Part shown: in pieces, positions 35,957 to 46,529 of the stretch
Numbering within the stretch: the first letter of the stretch is position 1
How the letters are laid out: each line of letters starts with the position of its first letter
Source of the DNA: Terracidiphilus sp.
GTDB taxonomy: Bacteria > Acidobacteriota > Terriglobia > Terriglobales > Acidobacteriaceae
Assembly: GCA_049520855.1 (NCBI GenBank)
Contig: JBEKPI010000001.1
Span: 9,625-73,624 of the forward strand
Reading direction: 5' to 3'
DNA: 64,000 nt
Notes under the pieces: model-generated
The model's input: the letters and a program-made list of their open reading frames with translations, nothing else
The model's database searches: none
Told to the model about the DNA's origin: nothing
Made by a program: the position numbers and the translations under genes

Positions 35957-36861
35957 GCCGTATATACGATGCGCTTCAAAGAGCCGATCTTGAGCGGAGA
36001 GCCGCGCAAGAGCCGGAAGTCGCGGAGATTCATGAGCCGTTCGTTGCCCCCGGCGCCGAGGATCTGCCCTCGGCCAAGGCCGGCCTCACCCTCGAGAACA
36101 TCGCCCGGCATCCATGGAACCCATCCATGGCCTCCCTGCCGACGCTGACCGACGGCGGCGAAAGCATCGAGCAGTTTCGCGCTCTTCGATCGCATCTCTA
36201 CCAGTTCCTGGATCAGGGCCCGCTCAAGACGATCCTGATAAGCAGCGGCATGCCCGCGGAGGGCAAGAGTTTTGTCGCGGCAAATCTGGCCATGAGCCTG
36301 GCGCGCAACGAGGCTCACCGCATTCTGCTCATCGACGCCGATCTGCGCGGCCCATCGCTCCAGAACATGCTCGGAGCTCCCAGAATGCCCGGCCTCACTG
36401 AATATCTGGCCGGCGCGGCGGAGGCGATGGACATCCTTCAGCGCAACCAGGCTTCCCGGAACGATGAATCCGGCATCGAAGTGAGCATCCCCAATCTCAC
36501 CTTTATCCCCGCAGGCGCGGGCGGCGAAAAATCTTCGGAACTCGTTGCCAATCACCGCATCGAAGAGCTGATAGCAACCCTTGCGCCGCACTTCGACTGG
36601 ATTCTGATCGACTCCCCGCCGGTCCTCGCGTTTGCGGACGCAATCGACCTTGCCCGCGCCGCCGATGCAGTGCTGCTCGTTGCCCGCGGAGCAAGCACAC
36701 CTTTCGATGTCGCGCAACGAGCGCAGGCTGCCTTCAGCAACGCGCGCATCCTCGGCTTCGTGCTGAATGCCGTCAAGGACGCTCCCCGCAACACGTCTTA
36801 TTATTACGGCTATAAAGACGGCGGATCGTATTGGCGAAAGGATAAGCGGCGACAGGGATGA
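35953..36861 (+). CDS. CpsD/CapB family bacterial tyrosine kinase
   Basis: EQFRALRS, SGMPAEGKS, IDADLR, LIDSPP, C-terminal YYYGY tyrosine cluster. Confidence 0.92.
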   Translation: MSRIYDALQRADLERRAAQEPEVAEIHEPFVAPGAEDLPSAKAGLTLENIARHPWNPSMASLPTLTDGGESIEQFRALRSHLYQFLDQGPLKTILISSGMPAEGKSFVAANLAMSLARNEAHRILLIDADLRGPSLQNMLGAPRMPGLTEYLAGAAEAMDILQRNQASRNDESGIEVSIPNLTFIPAGAGGEKSSELVANHRIEELIATLAPHFDWILIDSPPVLAFADAIDLARAADAVLLVARGASTPFDVAQRAQAAFSNARILGFVLNAVKDAPRNTSYYYGYKDGGSYWRKDKRRQG

Positions 36862-38249
36862 TCAGACTTTTCAATGTTTACTATCCGACCCGGACGCTGG
36901 CGCTGTTCTTTTGCGAAGTGCTTCTTGTTGGGGGAACGTTCTTGTTGGCCGCAACATGCACGTTCCTCATAAGGCCGGATGGATACATCGAACTGATCAA
37001 TGCTCTGATCTATGAGAACGGCTTGCTGAAGATCGCGGGCATTACCGCCTTCACCCTGCTTCTCACGTATTACTTCGACCTGTATGGGCCGCGGCGCATG
37101 TCGGAGAACCTGGAGATCTACTTTCGCCTTTTGCTCGTTCTCGGCGTTCTATCCTTTGTTCTCGCGGGATTCGACTTTCTTTTTCCGGATTTGGCTATCG
37201 GTCCTTATGTCTTTGTCGCCGGCGTCCCCTTCCTGACGATTGTTCTCGTCGTCTGGCGCTGGGCTTATGAGCGGATCATCGGCCTTCCCATGTTCCGCGA
37301 ACGCGTCTACATTTTGGGATGCGGCCAGCGGGCTCGCACAATGGTTGAAACATTGCGCGCAAGCCGCGATGCGGGAATGGAAGTTGTCGGTTGGAAAGGC
37401 GAAAGCGAGGCTCATGGGCAGCGCGACCGCTTCGCCGCGGACCTTCGTGGTTTCCGCAACCAGAGGCCACGCATTGACCGTGTCATCGTTGCCATGGAAG
37501 ACCGTCGCGGATCGATGCCTGTTCGAGAGTTGCTCGACCTGCGCATCCGCGGCGTTGTCATAGAGAATTCCAGCGCGCTGATGGAGCGGCTCTCGGGCAA
37601 ATTGCCGCTCGACGGGCTCGATCCGAGCACTCTCATTTTCACTGAGGGCTTCCGCATGAGCACGTCGCAGCAGCTCTTGCGGCGTATTCTCTCGTTTGCA
37701 GTCTCCTTTCTGGCGCTGACGATCTGCTTGCCGTTTATCCCATTGATCGTTCTTGCTGTGCGCCTGTCTTCGCCGGGGCCCATCTTTTTTAGCCAGACAC
37801 GGGTTGGGAAGCGCGGGCGTCTGTTTACCGCTTACAAGTTCCGAACCATGCGGAAGGATGCCGAATCGCAAGGAGCGGTGTGGGCTACCAGAGACGATCC
37901 ACGCGTCACGCCGATCGGCAGGTTCATGCGCAGCACCAGGCTCGACGAGATTCCGCAGCTTTGGAACGTCCTTCGGGGAGAGATGGCCTTTGTCGGTCCT
38001 CGTCCCGAGCGCCCGGAGTTTGTGCAGTGGCTTAGCGACGAAATTCCCTTTTACGACCTCCGGCACATGATTCGCCCAGGCATTACGGGCTGGGCGCAGG
38101 TGCGCTACCGATACGGGGCAAGCCTGGAGGAGACCAAGCGCAAGCTTGAATACGACCTCTACTACATCAAGCATCAGTCGCTTGGCCTTGACCTGCTCAT
38201 CATGTTTGAGACCATTAAAACGATCATTCTGCGGAGAGGCGCGCAGTGA
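36858..38249 (+). CDS. Priming sugar transferase (undecaprenyl-phosphate glycosylphosphotransferase)
   Basis: YKFRTM, DPRVTPIGRFMRSTRLDEIPQLWNVLRGEM, GPRPERP, RPGITGWAQV. Confidence 0.93.
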   Translation: MIRLFNVYYPTRTLALFFCEVLLVGGTFLLAATCTFLIRPDGYIELINALIYENGLLKIAGITAFTLLLTYYFDLYGPRRMSENLEIYFRLLLVLGVLSFVLAGFDFLFPDLAIGPYVFVAGVPFLTIVLVVWRWAYERIIGLPMFRERVYILGCGQRARTMVETLRASRDAGMEVVGWKGESEAHGQRDRFAADLRGFRNQRPRIDRVIVAMEDRRGSMPVRELLDLRIRGVVIENSSALMERLSGKLPLDGLDPSTLIFTEGFRMSTSQQLLRRILSFAVSFLALTICLPFIPLIVLAVRLSSPGPIFFSQTRVGKRGRLFTAYKFRTMRKDAESQGAVWATRDDPRVTPIGRFMRSTRLDEIPQLWNVLRGEMAFVGPRPERPEFVQWLSDEIPFYDLRHMIRPGITGWAQVRYRYGASLEETKRKLEYDLYYIKHQSLGLDLLIMFETIKTIILRRGAQ

Positions 38250-39466
38250 GAATCATCTTCTGGCTGTCGATGCTTGGCATTCTCTACACCTACGCGGGAT
38301 ACCCCGCGGTGATGTGGACCTTAGCGCGGCTGCGGCCGCGGCCCTGGCTGGCCGGCCCGATCTCTCCCAGCGTTAGCATTGTGCTCGCGGTGCATAACGG
38401 CGCGGCGATGCTCCCGCGCCAGATCGAGCGCCTGCTCGCCCTGGACTATCCCAACATTGAAGAGATCGTTATCGTCTCGGATGGCTCAACCGACGGTACG
38501 GCGGAACTGCTTGCTCGCCAGCACCATCCACGGCTCAAGACCATTGTTCTAAATGAGCACTGCGGCAAGGCGGTTGCCGTCAACGCCGGCGTGGCCAAGG
38601 CAACGGCAGACATCATCCTGTTTGTCGATATCCGGCCGGAGATTGCTTCCGGCGCGATTCAGCAGCTTGTGAGCAACTTCGCCGACCCCAAGGTTGGCTG
38701 CGTGGCCGGCGAACTGATTCTGCGCAAGGAACTTCAAGATGCCGCCTCCGCGGCCGTCAGCGGATTTTATTGGCGATATGAGAAATGGATCAGGACGTGC
38801 GAGTCCATTTGCGGTTCCCCGGTTGGCGTCTATGGGGGGTTCTACGCGATTCGCCGCGAACTCGCAGTGCCGCAGCCGCCCGGAATGATCCTGGATGACA
38901 TGTTTCAGCCGCTCTCGATCATCCGCCAGGGCTACCGTTCCGTCCTCGATCCGAAAGCCTACGTTTACGATAGCTGGCCATCGAAAATCGAAGAGGAGTT
39001 TCATCGCAAAGTGCGCACACTCGCGGGAAACTTCCAGCTTTTCCAACTCGCGCCCTGGACGCTGAGCCCCCGGAATCCAGTTCTCTTTCAACTTGTTTCG
39101 CACAAGATCATGCGCCTCGTAGTGCCCTACCTGTTGGTGCTGCTGCTTGTCTCCGCGCTGGCGCTTTCGCGCGGCTCGCTCATCTATGCGGCAGTTGCCG
39201 CCTTTCAGATTGCTGGCTGGACCCTTGCAATCGCCGCCCTGCGCTACAGGATTCCCGTGCTGCATCGTATCGCGGCTCCAGCCAGCGCGCTGCTCGTACT
39301 CAAAGCGGCCGCCGTCGTCGGGCTCTACAGATTTCTCTTCACGCGCGGTCCGCTTTGGAAGATATGGAATTCAAATCGGCCTTCAGCAAGGGCTACAATT
39401 CTTGAAGCGGGGAACTCCGCGCCGCCGGAGTCCTTGGCAACTGCCTCGGGAGATGACCGAGCGTAG
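38246..39466 (+). CDS. Membrane glycosyltransferase family 2
   Basis: VSDGSTDGT, GKAVAVN, GGFYAIRR, LDDM; C-terminal TM helices. Confidence 0.85.
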   Translation: MRIIFWLSMLGILYTYAGYPAVMWTLARLRPRPWLAGPISPSVSIVLAVHNGAAMLPRQIERLLALDYPNIEEIVIVSDGSTDGTAELLARQHHPRLKTIVLNEHCGKAVAVNAGVAKATADIILFVDIRPEIASGAIQQLVSNFADPKVGCVAGELILRKELQDAASAAVSGFYWRYEKWIRTCESICGSPVGVYGGFYAIRRELAVPQPPGMILDDMFQPLSIIRQGYRSVLDPKAYVYDSWPSKIEEEFHRKVRTLAGNFQLFQLAPWTLSPRNPVLFQLVSHKIMRLVVPYLLVLLLVSALALSRGSLIYAAVAAFQIAGWTLAIAALRYRIPVLHRIAAPASALLVLKAAAVVGLYRFLFTRGPLWKIWNSNRPSARATILEAGNSAPPESLATASGDDRA

Positions 39467-39511
39467 AGTTCTTGCGATAATGCGGATCGACGAGAGGAGC
39501 ATCACGCCGTC

Positions 39512-40540
39512 ATGAACCAATCCAAGCTGATGATTGTTTCCATCCTGGGAATCGGAGCCATCGTGACGGGCTATGGCCTTCACAACCACATTGTCAAGGT
39601 CAAGGCGGCCAAGCTGGAGCACGCCGCCGCGCCCGCGGCCTACTTCCCTCCAGGGGCCATCTGGACACAGGACGTGAGCCGCGCGCCCGTCGATCCTCAA
39701 TCCTCGGCCATCATTGCCTGGCTAGCGGATGCGGGCGGTTGGGGACACGGCAGGATGCAAGTTGACTTTGGCCTCCGCGTTATGCAGGCCGACGCCAACA
39801 CGCCGTTTATCCCCTTTCGCAAAGGCGCAGCGTTCTACACCGCGGATTCCGACCTGGTCTCCACCTTCCCTCTTCCGGCCAAAGGCGGCATCGAAGCGCA
39901 GCCGGGCTATCAGTGCAACATCGACCAGGACGACTGCCACCTGATCGTAGTGGACCGAAGTCACGGCAAACTTTACGAAGCCTACCAAGCCAACGTCGCC
40001 GATGGCGTCCTGACCGCGACTGATTTAGCGGTGTGGGATCTCAATCGAGTCTACCCGCCCTCCGGACGGGGCGATCAATGCACAAGCACCGACGCCGCGG
40101 GCCTTCCCATCGCTCCGCTGCTGTTTACCGCCGATGAACTGGCCGTTGGCAGCATCAACCACGCAATCCGCTTTATCCTTCCCAATCCGCGCATCCGCGC
40201 GCACGTATTCGTGCATCCCGCAACTCACGCGGGCGCTCCGCGCGGGCCGATTACCGCCCCGCCAATGGGCGCGCATTTTCGCCTGAAGGCTTCGTTTGAC
40301 ATGTCTAAACTTACGCCGGCAGCGCAGGTTGTCGCGCGAGCCATGCAGAAATACGGCATGTTCCTCTCCGATGGAGGAAATATCGCCCTTACGGCACAGA
40401 ACGACGCGGACACGAAAGCAAAGTATGCGGATATAGATTTCGACTCTCACGACTTGCAGGATATTAAGGTAACGGACTTTGAAGTCCTCGATTTGGGAAC
40501 TCCCATCCGATTGACAGATGACTGTGTGCGGAATCCATGA
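39512..40540 (+). CDS. Secreted or anchored protein of unknown function
   Basis: N-terminal hydrophobic segment; DCHLIVVD, STDAAGLPI, INHAIRF, YGMFLSDGG. Confidence 0.7.
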   Translation: MNQSKLMIVSILGIGAIVTGYGLHNHIVKVKAAKLEHAAAPAAYFPPGAIWTQDVSRAPVDPQSSAIIAWLADAGGWGHGRMQVDFGLRVMQADANTPFIPFRKGAAFYTADSDLVSTFPLPAKGGIEAQPGYQCNIDQDDCHLIVVDRSHGKLYEAYQANVADGVLTATDLAVWDLNRVYPPSGRGDQCTSTDAAGLPIAPLLFTADELAVGSINHAIRFILPNPRIRAHVFVHPATHAGAPRGPITAPPMGAHFRLKASFDMSKLTPAAQVVARAMQKYGMFLSDGGNIALTAQNDADTKAKYADIDFDSHDLQDIKVTDFEVLDLGTPIRLTDDCVRNP

Positions 40541-40732
40541 AACGGAAAGTAGCAGCCCCCGCGGTTATTGACCTGGATGGAAGGGAATCGCAGTACCAAT
40601 CTAATAGTGGAATCCGGATGATTCGGTTGCCCTAGCCGCGATGGAGATTAAAGCGAAGGCCTTGACCGGCCGGTCCATTCCGACACGAACGAATCGTTGG
40701 AATGAATCTATGGAAGAAAATGGGGCAATTTC

Positions 40733-42310
40733 ATGAAGCAAGGTAGAGCGGTGATCATCGGGGCAGGCCCTGCCGGACTGACTGCCGCGCTCGAACTCCA
40801 GCGCAGCACGGAAATCAAGCCCATTCTGCTTGAGGCCAGCCACGAAATAGGCGGGATCTCGCGGACCGTACGCTACAAGGGCAACCGCATGGACATTGGC
40901 GGCCATCGCTTCTTCTCGAAGTCGGACCGCGTGATGCGGTGGTGGCTCGATCTGATGCCTGTCGAAGCCGGCACGGGCGAGGAAGGCCAACTCCGCTACC
41001 AAGGCCAGCAGCGCGGCTTGCCCTCGTCAAGCATGGCGCCCGATCCTCAAACGGCGGACCGGGTTATGCTGGTCCGCACGCGCAAGAGCCGCATCTATTT
41101 TCTGCGCCGCTTCTTTGACTATCCGATCAGCCTGACCGCCGCAACGTTCAGGAATATGGGCCTGGTTCGCACCGTTCGCTGCGGAGTCAGTTATATGCGT
41201 TCGGCGCTGCTTCCACAGCGCGAGGAGCGCTCGCTCGAGGACTTCATCATCAACCGCTTTGGCAAACAGCTTTACCTCACCTTTTTCAAATCGTATACAG
41301 AGAAAGTCTGGGGCGTGCCGTGCCGTGAGATCAGCGCCGAATGGGGCGCCCAGCGCATCAAGGGGCTTTCATTGAAAGGCGTGGTGACGCACTTCCTCAA
41401 GAAGACGTTTGGCTCGAAGCAGTCCGGCGACATAGCTCAGAAGAAGACCGAGACTTCGCTGATCGAGAAATTTCTCTATCCCAAGTTCGGCCCCGGCCAG
41501 CTCTGGGAACATGTTGCCGGACTGGTTCGCCAGGGCGGCGGCGAAATTCATTTCGGAGTCCAGATCGACCACATTCATCTGAATGGCAACAAAGTGGAAT
41601 TCGTAGAAGGCTTGAATGACGCGGGGGAGCGAGTTACTTATGCAGGCGAGTACTTCTTCTCAACCATGCCTGTCCGCGATCTGATTCGCGCCATTTCCAC
41701 TCCGGTTCCCGCCGAAGTTAGCGAAGTTAGCGAAGGACTCATGTATCGCGATTTCATTACAGTCGGCTTGCTCGCCAGCAAGCTAAGCGTGACCGAGAAG
41801 GACGGCGGCGCGCTCAAGGACAATTGGATCTATATCCAGGAGCCCGACGTGATTGTTGGCCGCCTGCAAATCTTCAATAACTGGAGCTCATGGCTGGTGG
41901 GAAGCCCGGATAAAGTCTGGATTGGCCTGGAATACTTTTGCAACGATACCGACCCTCTATGGAAGCTCAGCGACGATGAGATGGCCAAGTTTGCTGTCGG
42001 AGAAGTGGCCAAAATCGGCATCCTCAAGGCCGAGGATGTCGAGGATACCCATGTGGTCCGCGTTCCCAAGACCTATCCGGCGTATTTTGGCAGCTACGGA
42101 CGCTTCAATGTTATTCGCGATTACCTTGACAGCTTTGAGAATCTATTTCTGGTCGGACGCAACGGCATGCACAAGTACAACAACCAGGACCACTCCATGC
42201 TGACCGCCATGACCGCAGTCGAAAACATCGTCAACGGCGTCACCGCTAAAGATAACATCTGGGCTATTAACACGGAGATGGAGTATCACGAAGAAAAGGC
42301 GGCGAAGTGA
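40733..42310 (+). CDS. FAD-dependent oxidoreductase (protoporphyrinogen oxidase / UDP-galactopyranose mutase-like fold)
   Basis: [38 protein letters not shown]. Confidence 0.85.
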   Translation: MKQGRAVIIGAGPAGLTAALELQRSTEIKPILLEASHEIGGISRTVRYKGNRMDIGGHRFFSKSDRVMRWWLDLMPVEAGTGEEGQLRYQGQQRGLPSSSMAPDPQTADRVMLVRTRKSRIYFLRRFFDYPISLTAATFRNMGLVRTVRCGVSYMRSALLPQREERSLEDFIINRFGKQLYLTFFKSYTEKVWGVPCREISAEWGAQRIKGLSLKGVVTHFLKKTFGSKQSGDIAQKKTETSLIEKFLYPKFGPGQLWEHVAGLVRQGGGEIHFGVQIDHIHLNGNKVEFVEGLNDAGERVTYAGEYFFSTMPVRDLIRAISTPVPAEVSEVSEGLMYRDFITVGLLASKLSVTEKDGGALKDNWIYIQEPDVIVGRLQIFNNWSSWLVGSPDKVWIGLEYFCNDTDPLWKLSDDEMAKFAVGEVAKIGILKAEDVEDTHVVRVPKTYPAYFGSYGRFNVIRDYLDSFENLFLVGRNGMHKYNNQDHSMLTAMTAVENIVNGVTAKDNIWAINTEMEYHEEKAAK

Positions 42311-42387
42311 GCTTTATCTCCTATCCATCCACCCCTGAGCCATCGATCTTGCCTTATGGCACTTCCTGTCGAACCTGTCGCTTGTTG

Positions 42388-43488
42388 CTATGGTTGTCTT
42401 AGGGTTGCGCGCCGTACCCGCGTGGTGGTTCGATAGAGGTCCATGTAGGCATCGGCCATAGCTTCCAGCGTAAATCGCGAATGGAATGCCTCTTCCGCGT
42501 TCATCGAGAATTGAACCCGCTCCGCATCGTTGGCTGCCATCCGAAGAATTGCGGCTGCCATCCCGGCAGGATCGGTTAACGGCACCGTAAACCCCGCTTG
42601 GGCAATCCGGACAACTTCCGCCATCCCTCCGACGTCGGTAACGACTGCCGGGAGTCCGAGCGAAAAGGCTTGCAGGAGCGACATGGGCAACCCCTCTGAC
42701 TTCGACGACATGATGAAGGCGTCGGCTGCTGAAAAGAACGGCGCAACATCAAGCTGCTGCCCCCAGAACGTTACCTGCGAAGCGATGCCCAACTCCGTGG
42801 CCTGACGTTGCAGGGTCTCGCGTTCACTCCCGTCCCCTACCATCCAAAGCCGTAGGCCCGGCATAGAGGAAAGCGCTGCGCGAAAGGCATTGAGCAGCAG
42901 CGGATGATTCTTGACGGGAGCAAGCCTGCCCACGTAGACGAACGTGAATCCGCTCTTCTTTGGCTGCTGTTCCCGCGCCACTCGCTCAATCGGGAGCGCG
43001 CCGTTGTATACGCGTACAATCTTTCGCGCCGGTGCACTGTGAATGCTCTTCATATTGTGCGTGGTTGCGTCGCAGATGCCAACGATCCAGTCGCAACAGG
43101 TAGCGGCAAGGGCATATTTCAGCTCCACGACCACGCGGCGCGGTGGGGCCACCAAGCTATGCCGGGTCGAAACGATGGCAGGTACGCCCGCCATTCTGGC
43201 CGCCATAGCCGCATATGCTGTCGGCGTCGGGTTATGAAGATGGACTGCATCCGGCTTCAACTCTTTGAATATTTGGACGAAATTTCGCGCGGAGTCTGAC
43301 AAGTGCCGTCCCACGTTCGGAAGCACGTTGAAGCCCTCCGCTCGCAACCGCTCACCGAGTGGGCCAAGAGCCCCAACCGCATAGATGCATGGGTCGTGCC
43401 CCTGTTGCCGCTGTAAACGGCACATCTGCGAGACAAGCGTCTCCGCGCCACCAACTTCCATGCTGTCTACTATATGTGCAATCTTCAT
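42388..43488 (-). CDS. Glycosyltransferase family 4
   Basis: VGGAE, VGRLAPVKN, EGLPMSLLQA, TDVGG. Confidence 0.9.
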   Translation of the reverse strand: MKIAHIVDSMEVGGAETLVSQMCRLQRQQGHDPCIYAVGALGPLGERLRAEGFNVLPNVGRHLSDSARNFVQIFKELKPDAVHLHNPTPTAYAAMAARMAGVPAIVSTRHSLVAPPRRVVVELKYALAATCCDWIVGICDATTHNMKSIHSAPARKIVRVYNGALPIERVAREQQPKKSGFTFVYVGRLAPVKNHPLLLNAFRAALSSMPGLRLWMVGDGSERETLQRQATELGIASQVTFWGQQLDVAPFFSAADAFIMSSKSEGLPMSLLQAFSLGLPAVVTDVGGMAEVVRIAQAGFTVPLTDPAGMAAAILRMAANDAERVQFSMNAEEAFHSRFTLEAMADAYMDLYRTTTRVRRATLRQP

Positions 43489-43571
43489 TCAGGTTGCCTG
43501 AACCTCCGACAGCGGTATCCGGTCAGAATTCTGTTCTGGTATTCAAATGGTAACTTCTCGATACTCTTGAA

Positions 43572-44969
43572 TCAGTGCATCACGTTCAGAATTCGGACCA
43601 TGATGTACATCAGCAGCACCAATACGACCGAAAAAACGCCCGCGTATGGCAGTACGCGAGCTAGACGAAGCCGAGGAGCGGTCATACCCCGTTGCAAAGC
43701 CATCTGGTAAACCACTTCTACCATGCCTCCCAACAGAAACAATGTCAGAACAAAGGCGCGGGAAAGAAACCACGCTGCAACCAGTAAGCCTGTAAGCGAC
43801 AAGACCAGCAAGCGTCCCAGTCTATTGATCTCCGCCTTGTCGATTGCATCGGCGCTTGTCGGCGCCTGCGGAAAAAGCCCCGATTCTACGATGATCGGCT
43901 CTGCTTCAGCCACCTTCGCCGGCGAAGCAATGACCATGGCGTCCCTCACCGTTGGAAGCAGAAACATGGTCCAAAAATACAACCCGAAGAAGCCGAGCTC
44001 GGCCGCGCAGACTACGATCGAATTATGCGCGGTCTGACCAACCTTGTCCGACATTTGGCCGAAGCCTACACCGAAGAATGGATGCGCCTTCAGCAGTCCG
44101 AGGCCGTCACCCCAAAGAGCCATGCGGTCTGAACCTGCATTGGCTGAAATCTCCCGGCCCCCGGTGAAGTTCAGGGCAGATGCCGCGATGAACACGGCGC
44201 CCGCCACAAACAGCGAAGGCAGTGCCCCAATGCGCCGCCATGCCGAAACGACAGCCACCGCCATCAAAGCCACGAGGGCGCCACGCGAGTGCGTCAGAAA
44301 CATTCCGAACAGCAAGGCGCAAACCGGCAATATCACAAATGCGAAGTTCCGAAACATTCTCTTCTTGCGCCAGAAAATAAATACCAGCGGAATCACGCAG
44401 ACAATCAATTGAGCGAAATCGTTCGGGTCGTTAATTTCTCCCAATCCCCTCAGCCGATAGATCCACTCGCCTGCGGAGTTCAGCATTGGAAGAAGGTAAG
44501 GGTGCTCGAAATTCCATAACTGCCGATTAACGCCCCCTGTGGACTCTGCCAAGGGAGGGCCGCTCCGCGGGATCTCGCGGAGCAGGTCAAAATACCCGTT
44601 CCCAATCACAAACAGGCAGACGACCAGCAACATAAGAACAAGGATTTGCAAGTGAGTCCGAGTCTTGCAATGCAGGCAGACTAGCAAATATGCGAAGGCA
44701 TTCGGAATGAATACCAAAATCTCCTGTACTGCGCCGCCAGGCCACCTCATCCCAATGAGCATTGACAAGACAACGGCCAATGCCAACCCAATCAAGGCCA
44801 GAGACTGTGGCGTCTTCAGAATGAATGATTTTATGAGCGCGGGCACAGAGACGAATAAAGCCAGCACCGCTAGAATCAGCTCAATACGAAAAGGCGCGAG
44901 TGGCCCGAACAGGGTAGTCGGCGTGAGGTAGTTCGTAACGAAATAGAGAACGCTTAAAACAAAGCCCAT
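43572..44969 (-). CDS. O-antigen ligase / Wzy polymerase family protein
   Basis: Many TM helices; NDPNDFA, LTHSRGA, GVGFG, TAHNS; start set at ATG 44969. Confidence 0.82.
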   Translation of the reverse strand: MGFVLSVLYFVTNYLTPTTLFGPLAPFRIELILAVLALFVSVPALIKSFILKTPQSLALIGLALAVVLSMLIGMRWPGGAVQEILVFIPNAFAYLLVCLHCKTRTHLQILVLMLLVVCLFVIGNGYFDLLREIPRSGPPLAESTGGVNRQLWNFEHPYLLPMLNSAGEWIYRLRGLGEINDPNDFAQLIVCVIPLVFIFWRKKRMFRNFAFVILPVCALLFGMFLTHSRGALVALMAVAVVSAWRRIGALPSLFVAGAVFIAASALNFTGGREISANAGSDRMALWGDGLGLLKAHPFFGVGFGQMSDKVGQTAHNSIVVCAAELGFFGLYFWTMFLLPTVRDAMVIASPAKVAEAEPIIVESGLFPQAPTSADAIDKAEINRLGRLLVLSLTGLLVAAWFLSRAFVLTLFLLGGMVEVVYQMALQRGMTAPRLRLARVLPYAGVFSVVLVLLMYIMVRILNVMH

Positions 44970-45165
44970 GGTGAACAGCCTTAGCGAAGAGTGTTTCACA
45001 ATCAGGATAACCGATACGCCTGTGACGAACCCCCACTTTGCGCGGCCACAAAAGAATGAAACCGGCGACCGGACTGGCGATATAGGGACGGATTGAAAGC
45101 AGGCCATAGCGGCGGAAACTGGCGACCGGGCAAGGATTGGAAAGAGGGGGTATGTGGTTGAAATC

Positions 45166-46317
45166 CTACGCAGGCGTCTTCAGGGATTCCTGCCGGTAAT
45201 GGGAACTGCTTTTCAAGAACCTGCTCTCGACCAAGCGCCACATAAGTAAACTTGCCAGGGCAATCAGCGAAAGGCTGACAACTAGGAAAATCGCCGGGCT
45301 CTGTTTTGCGAGGCCCAATGCAATCAGGGTCTGCAATACGGGCCAATGAACAATATATACACCATACGAGAAATCGCCGAACCTCGAAAAGTTTCCGAAA
45401 TAGCGCCAGAAGCCGAAGACGAGCACGATCCCCGATATCCAGAAGACGTCGAGGGCGCCCGCCGTAAGAAATTGGTCGAGAATAAACAAGCCTGCGGTAA
45501 TGCATAAAATAACCCCGAAGTGCAATTTCAGTTGATCGAAATACAGAAGCAGCAAGATGCCCGCGCTGAAATACACGAGTTGTGCTGGAAACTGCGCCTC
45601 TAACTGCGAATAGATGCCGCGAGACTGGTCCAATGAGAAAAGACTCCGCGAATGGTCCATCGAAGCAAGAAATGCGAACCCATACTTCCATATGCAAGAA
45701 AAGCAAAAGATTGCTCCAATGATCTTCTTGGTTCCAAAGCGGCTGCAAAGGTAATGGATGACGGGCACGAACAAATAGAACGCGACTTCAATCTTGAGCG
45801 TCCACAACGCGCCATTTACGGCCGGGATGCCGTTCGAATTGAATACCCCAGGCAGCGTGGGCGCAAGGAAATTGAGAAATACGAGATTCGCGCCAAGGTA
45901 CTTCCAGAATCCAGATCCGAAGTATTGCGCCAAAGACAGGGTGCTCAAAGGCCAAAGCGCCATTGCCGCAAGAACAACAACTGTAAAGTAAGCCGGGTAA
46001 ATGCGCCTGACCCGCTTTTCCATATAGGAGCCAATGGAAGAGGACTGGGTATAACTGCGATAAATAAGCAGCCCGCTGATGACGAAAAACGATTTCACGG
46101 CAAAATGCGGAGAAAGGTACCTGCCAAAAGCGGAGAAGGCTAAGATGCCAGTCAGCGCGTAGACATGAAACAAGGCAACAATGGACGCCAAGATCAAGCG
46201 TAGGCAATCCAGATTGTTGCTTCTAAAGTCTGTGCCTCCTCTCACTTTGACGTCTCCCAAGATTCCGAAAAATGGCCGTGAATTGCCGCTGCCCGCTGCG
46301 GGCCGCCTAAGCGCCAT
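45166..46317 (-). CDS. Acyltransferase family 3 (polysaccharide O-acyltransferase)
   Basis: NNLDCLR, FFVISG, RRIYPAY, NGALWTLKIEV, SYGVYIVHWP. Confidence 0.9.
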   Translation of the reverse strand: MALRRPAAGSGNSRPFFGILGDVKVRGGTDFRSNNLDCLRLILASIVALFHVYALTGILAFSAFGRYLSPHFAVKSFFVISGLLIYRSYTQSSSIGSYMEKRVRRIYPAYFTVVVLAAMALWPLSTLSLAQYFGSGFWKYLGANLVFLNFLAPTLPGVFNSNGIPAVNGALWTLKIEVAFYLFVPVIHYLCSRFGTKKIIGAIFCFSCIWKYGFAFLASMDHSRSLFSLDQSRGIYSQLEAQFPAQLVYFSAGILLLLYFDQLKLHFGVILCITAGLFILDQFLTAGALDVFWISGIVLVFGFWRYFGNFSRFGDFSYGVYIVHWPVLQTLIALGLAKQSPAIFLVVSLSLIALASLLMWRLVESRFLKSSSHYRQESLKTPA

Positions 46318-46529
46318 TCTCCGATATTAATAGATTGGACCGAGACAAACCAGCACTTTCGCTCTGGATCGCTTGGCCGTTCGAGCAACAAATCGCGAGT
46401 TGCGGCTGGGGAACTCTCCTCGAAGTCTTTGATACCGAAAGGAAGCGTACTCTATACTCTAGATTCGTTGATTTGATCGCTGCGCATCCTGCCAGGCCGG
46501 CCAATGCGCGCAAGGGGAACATCCATTCC

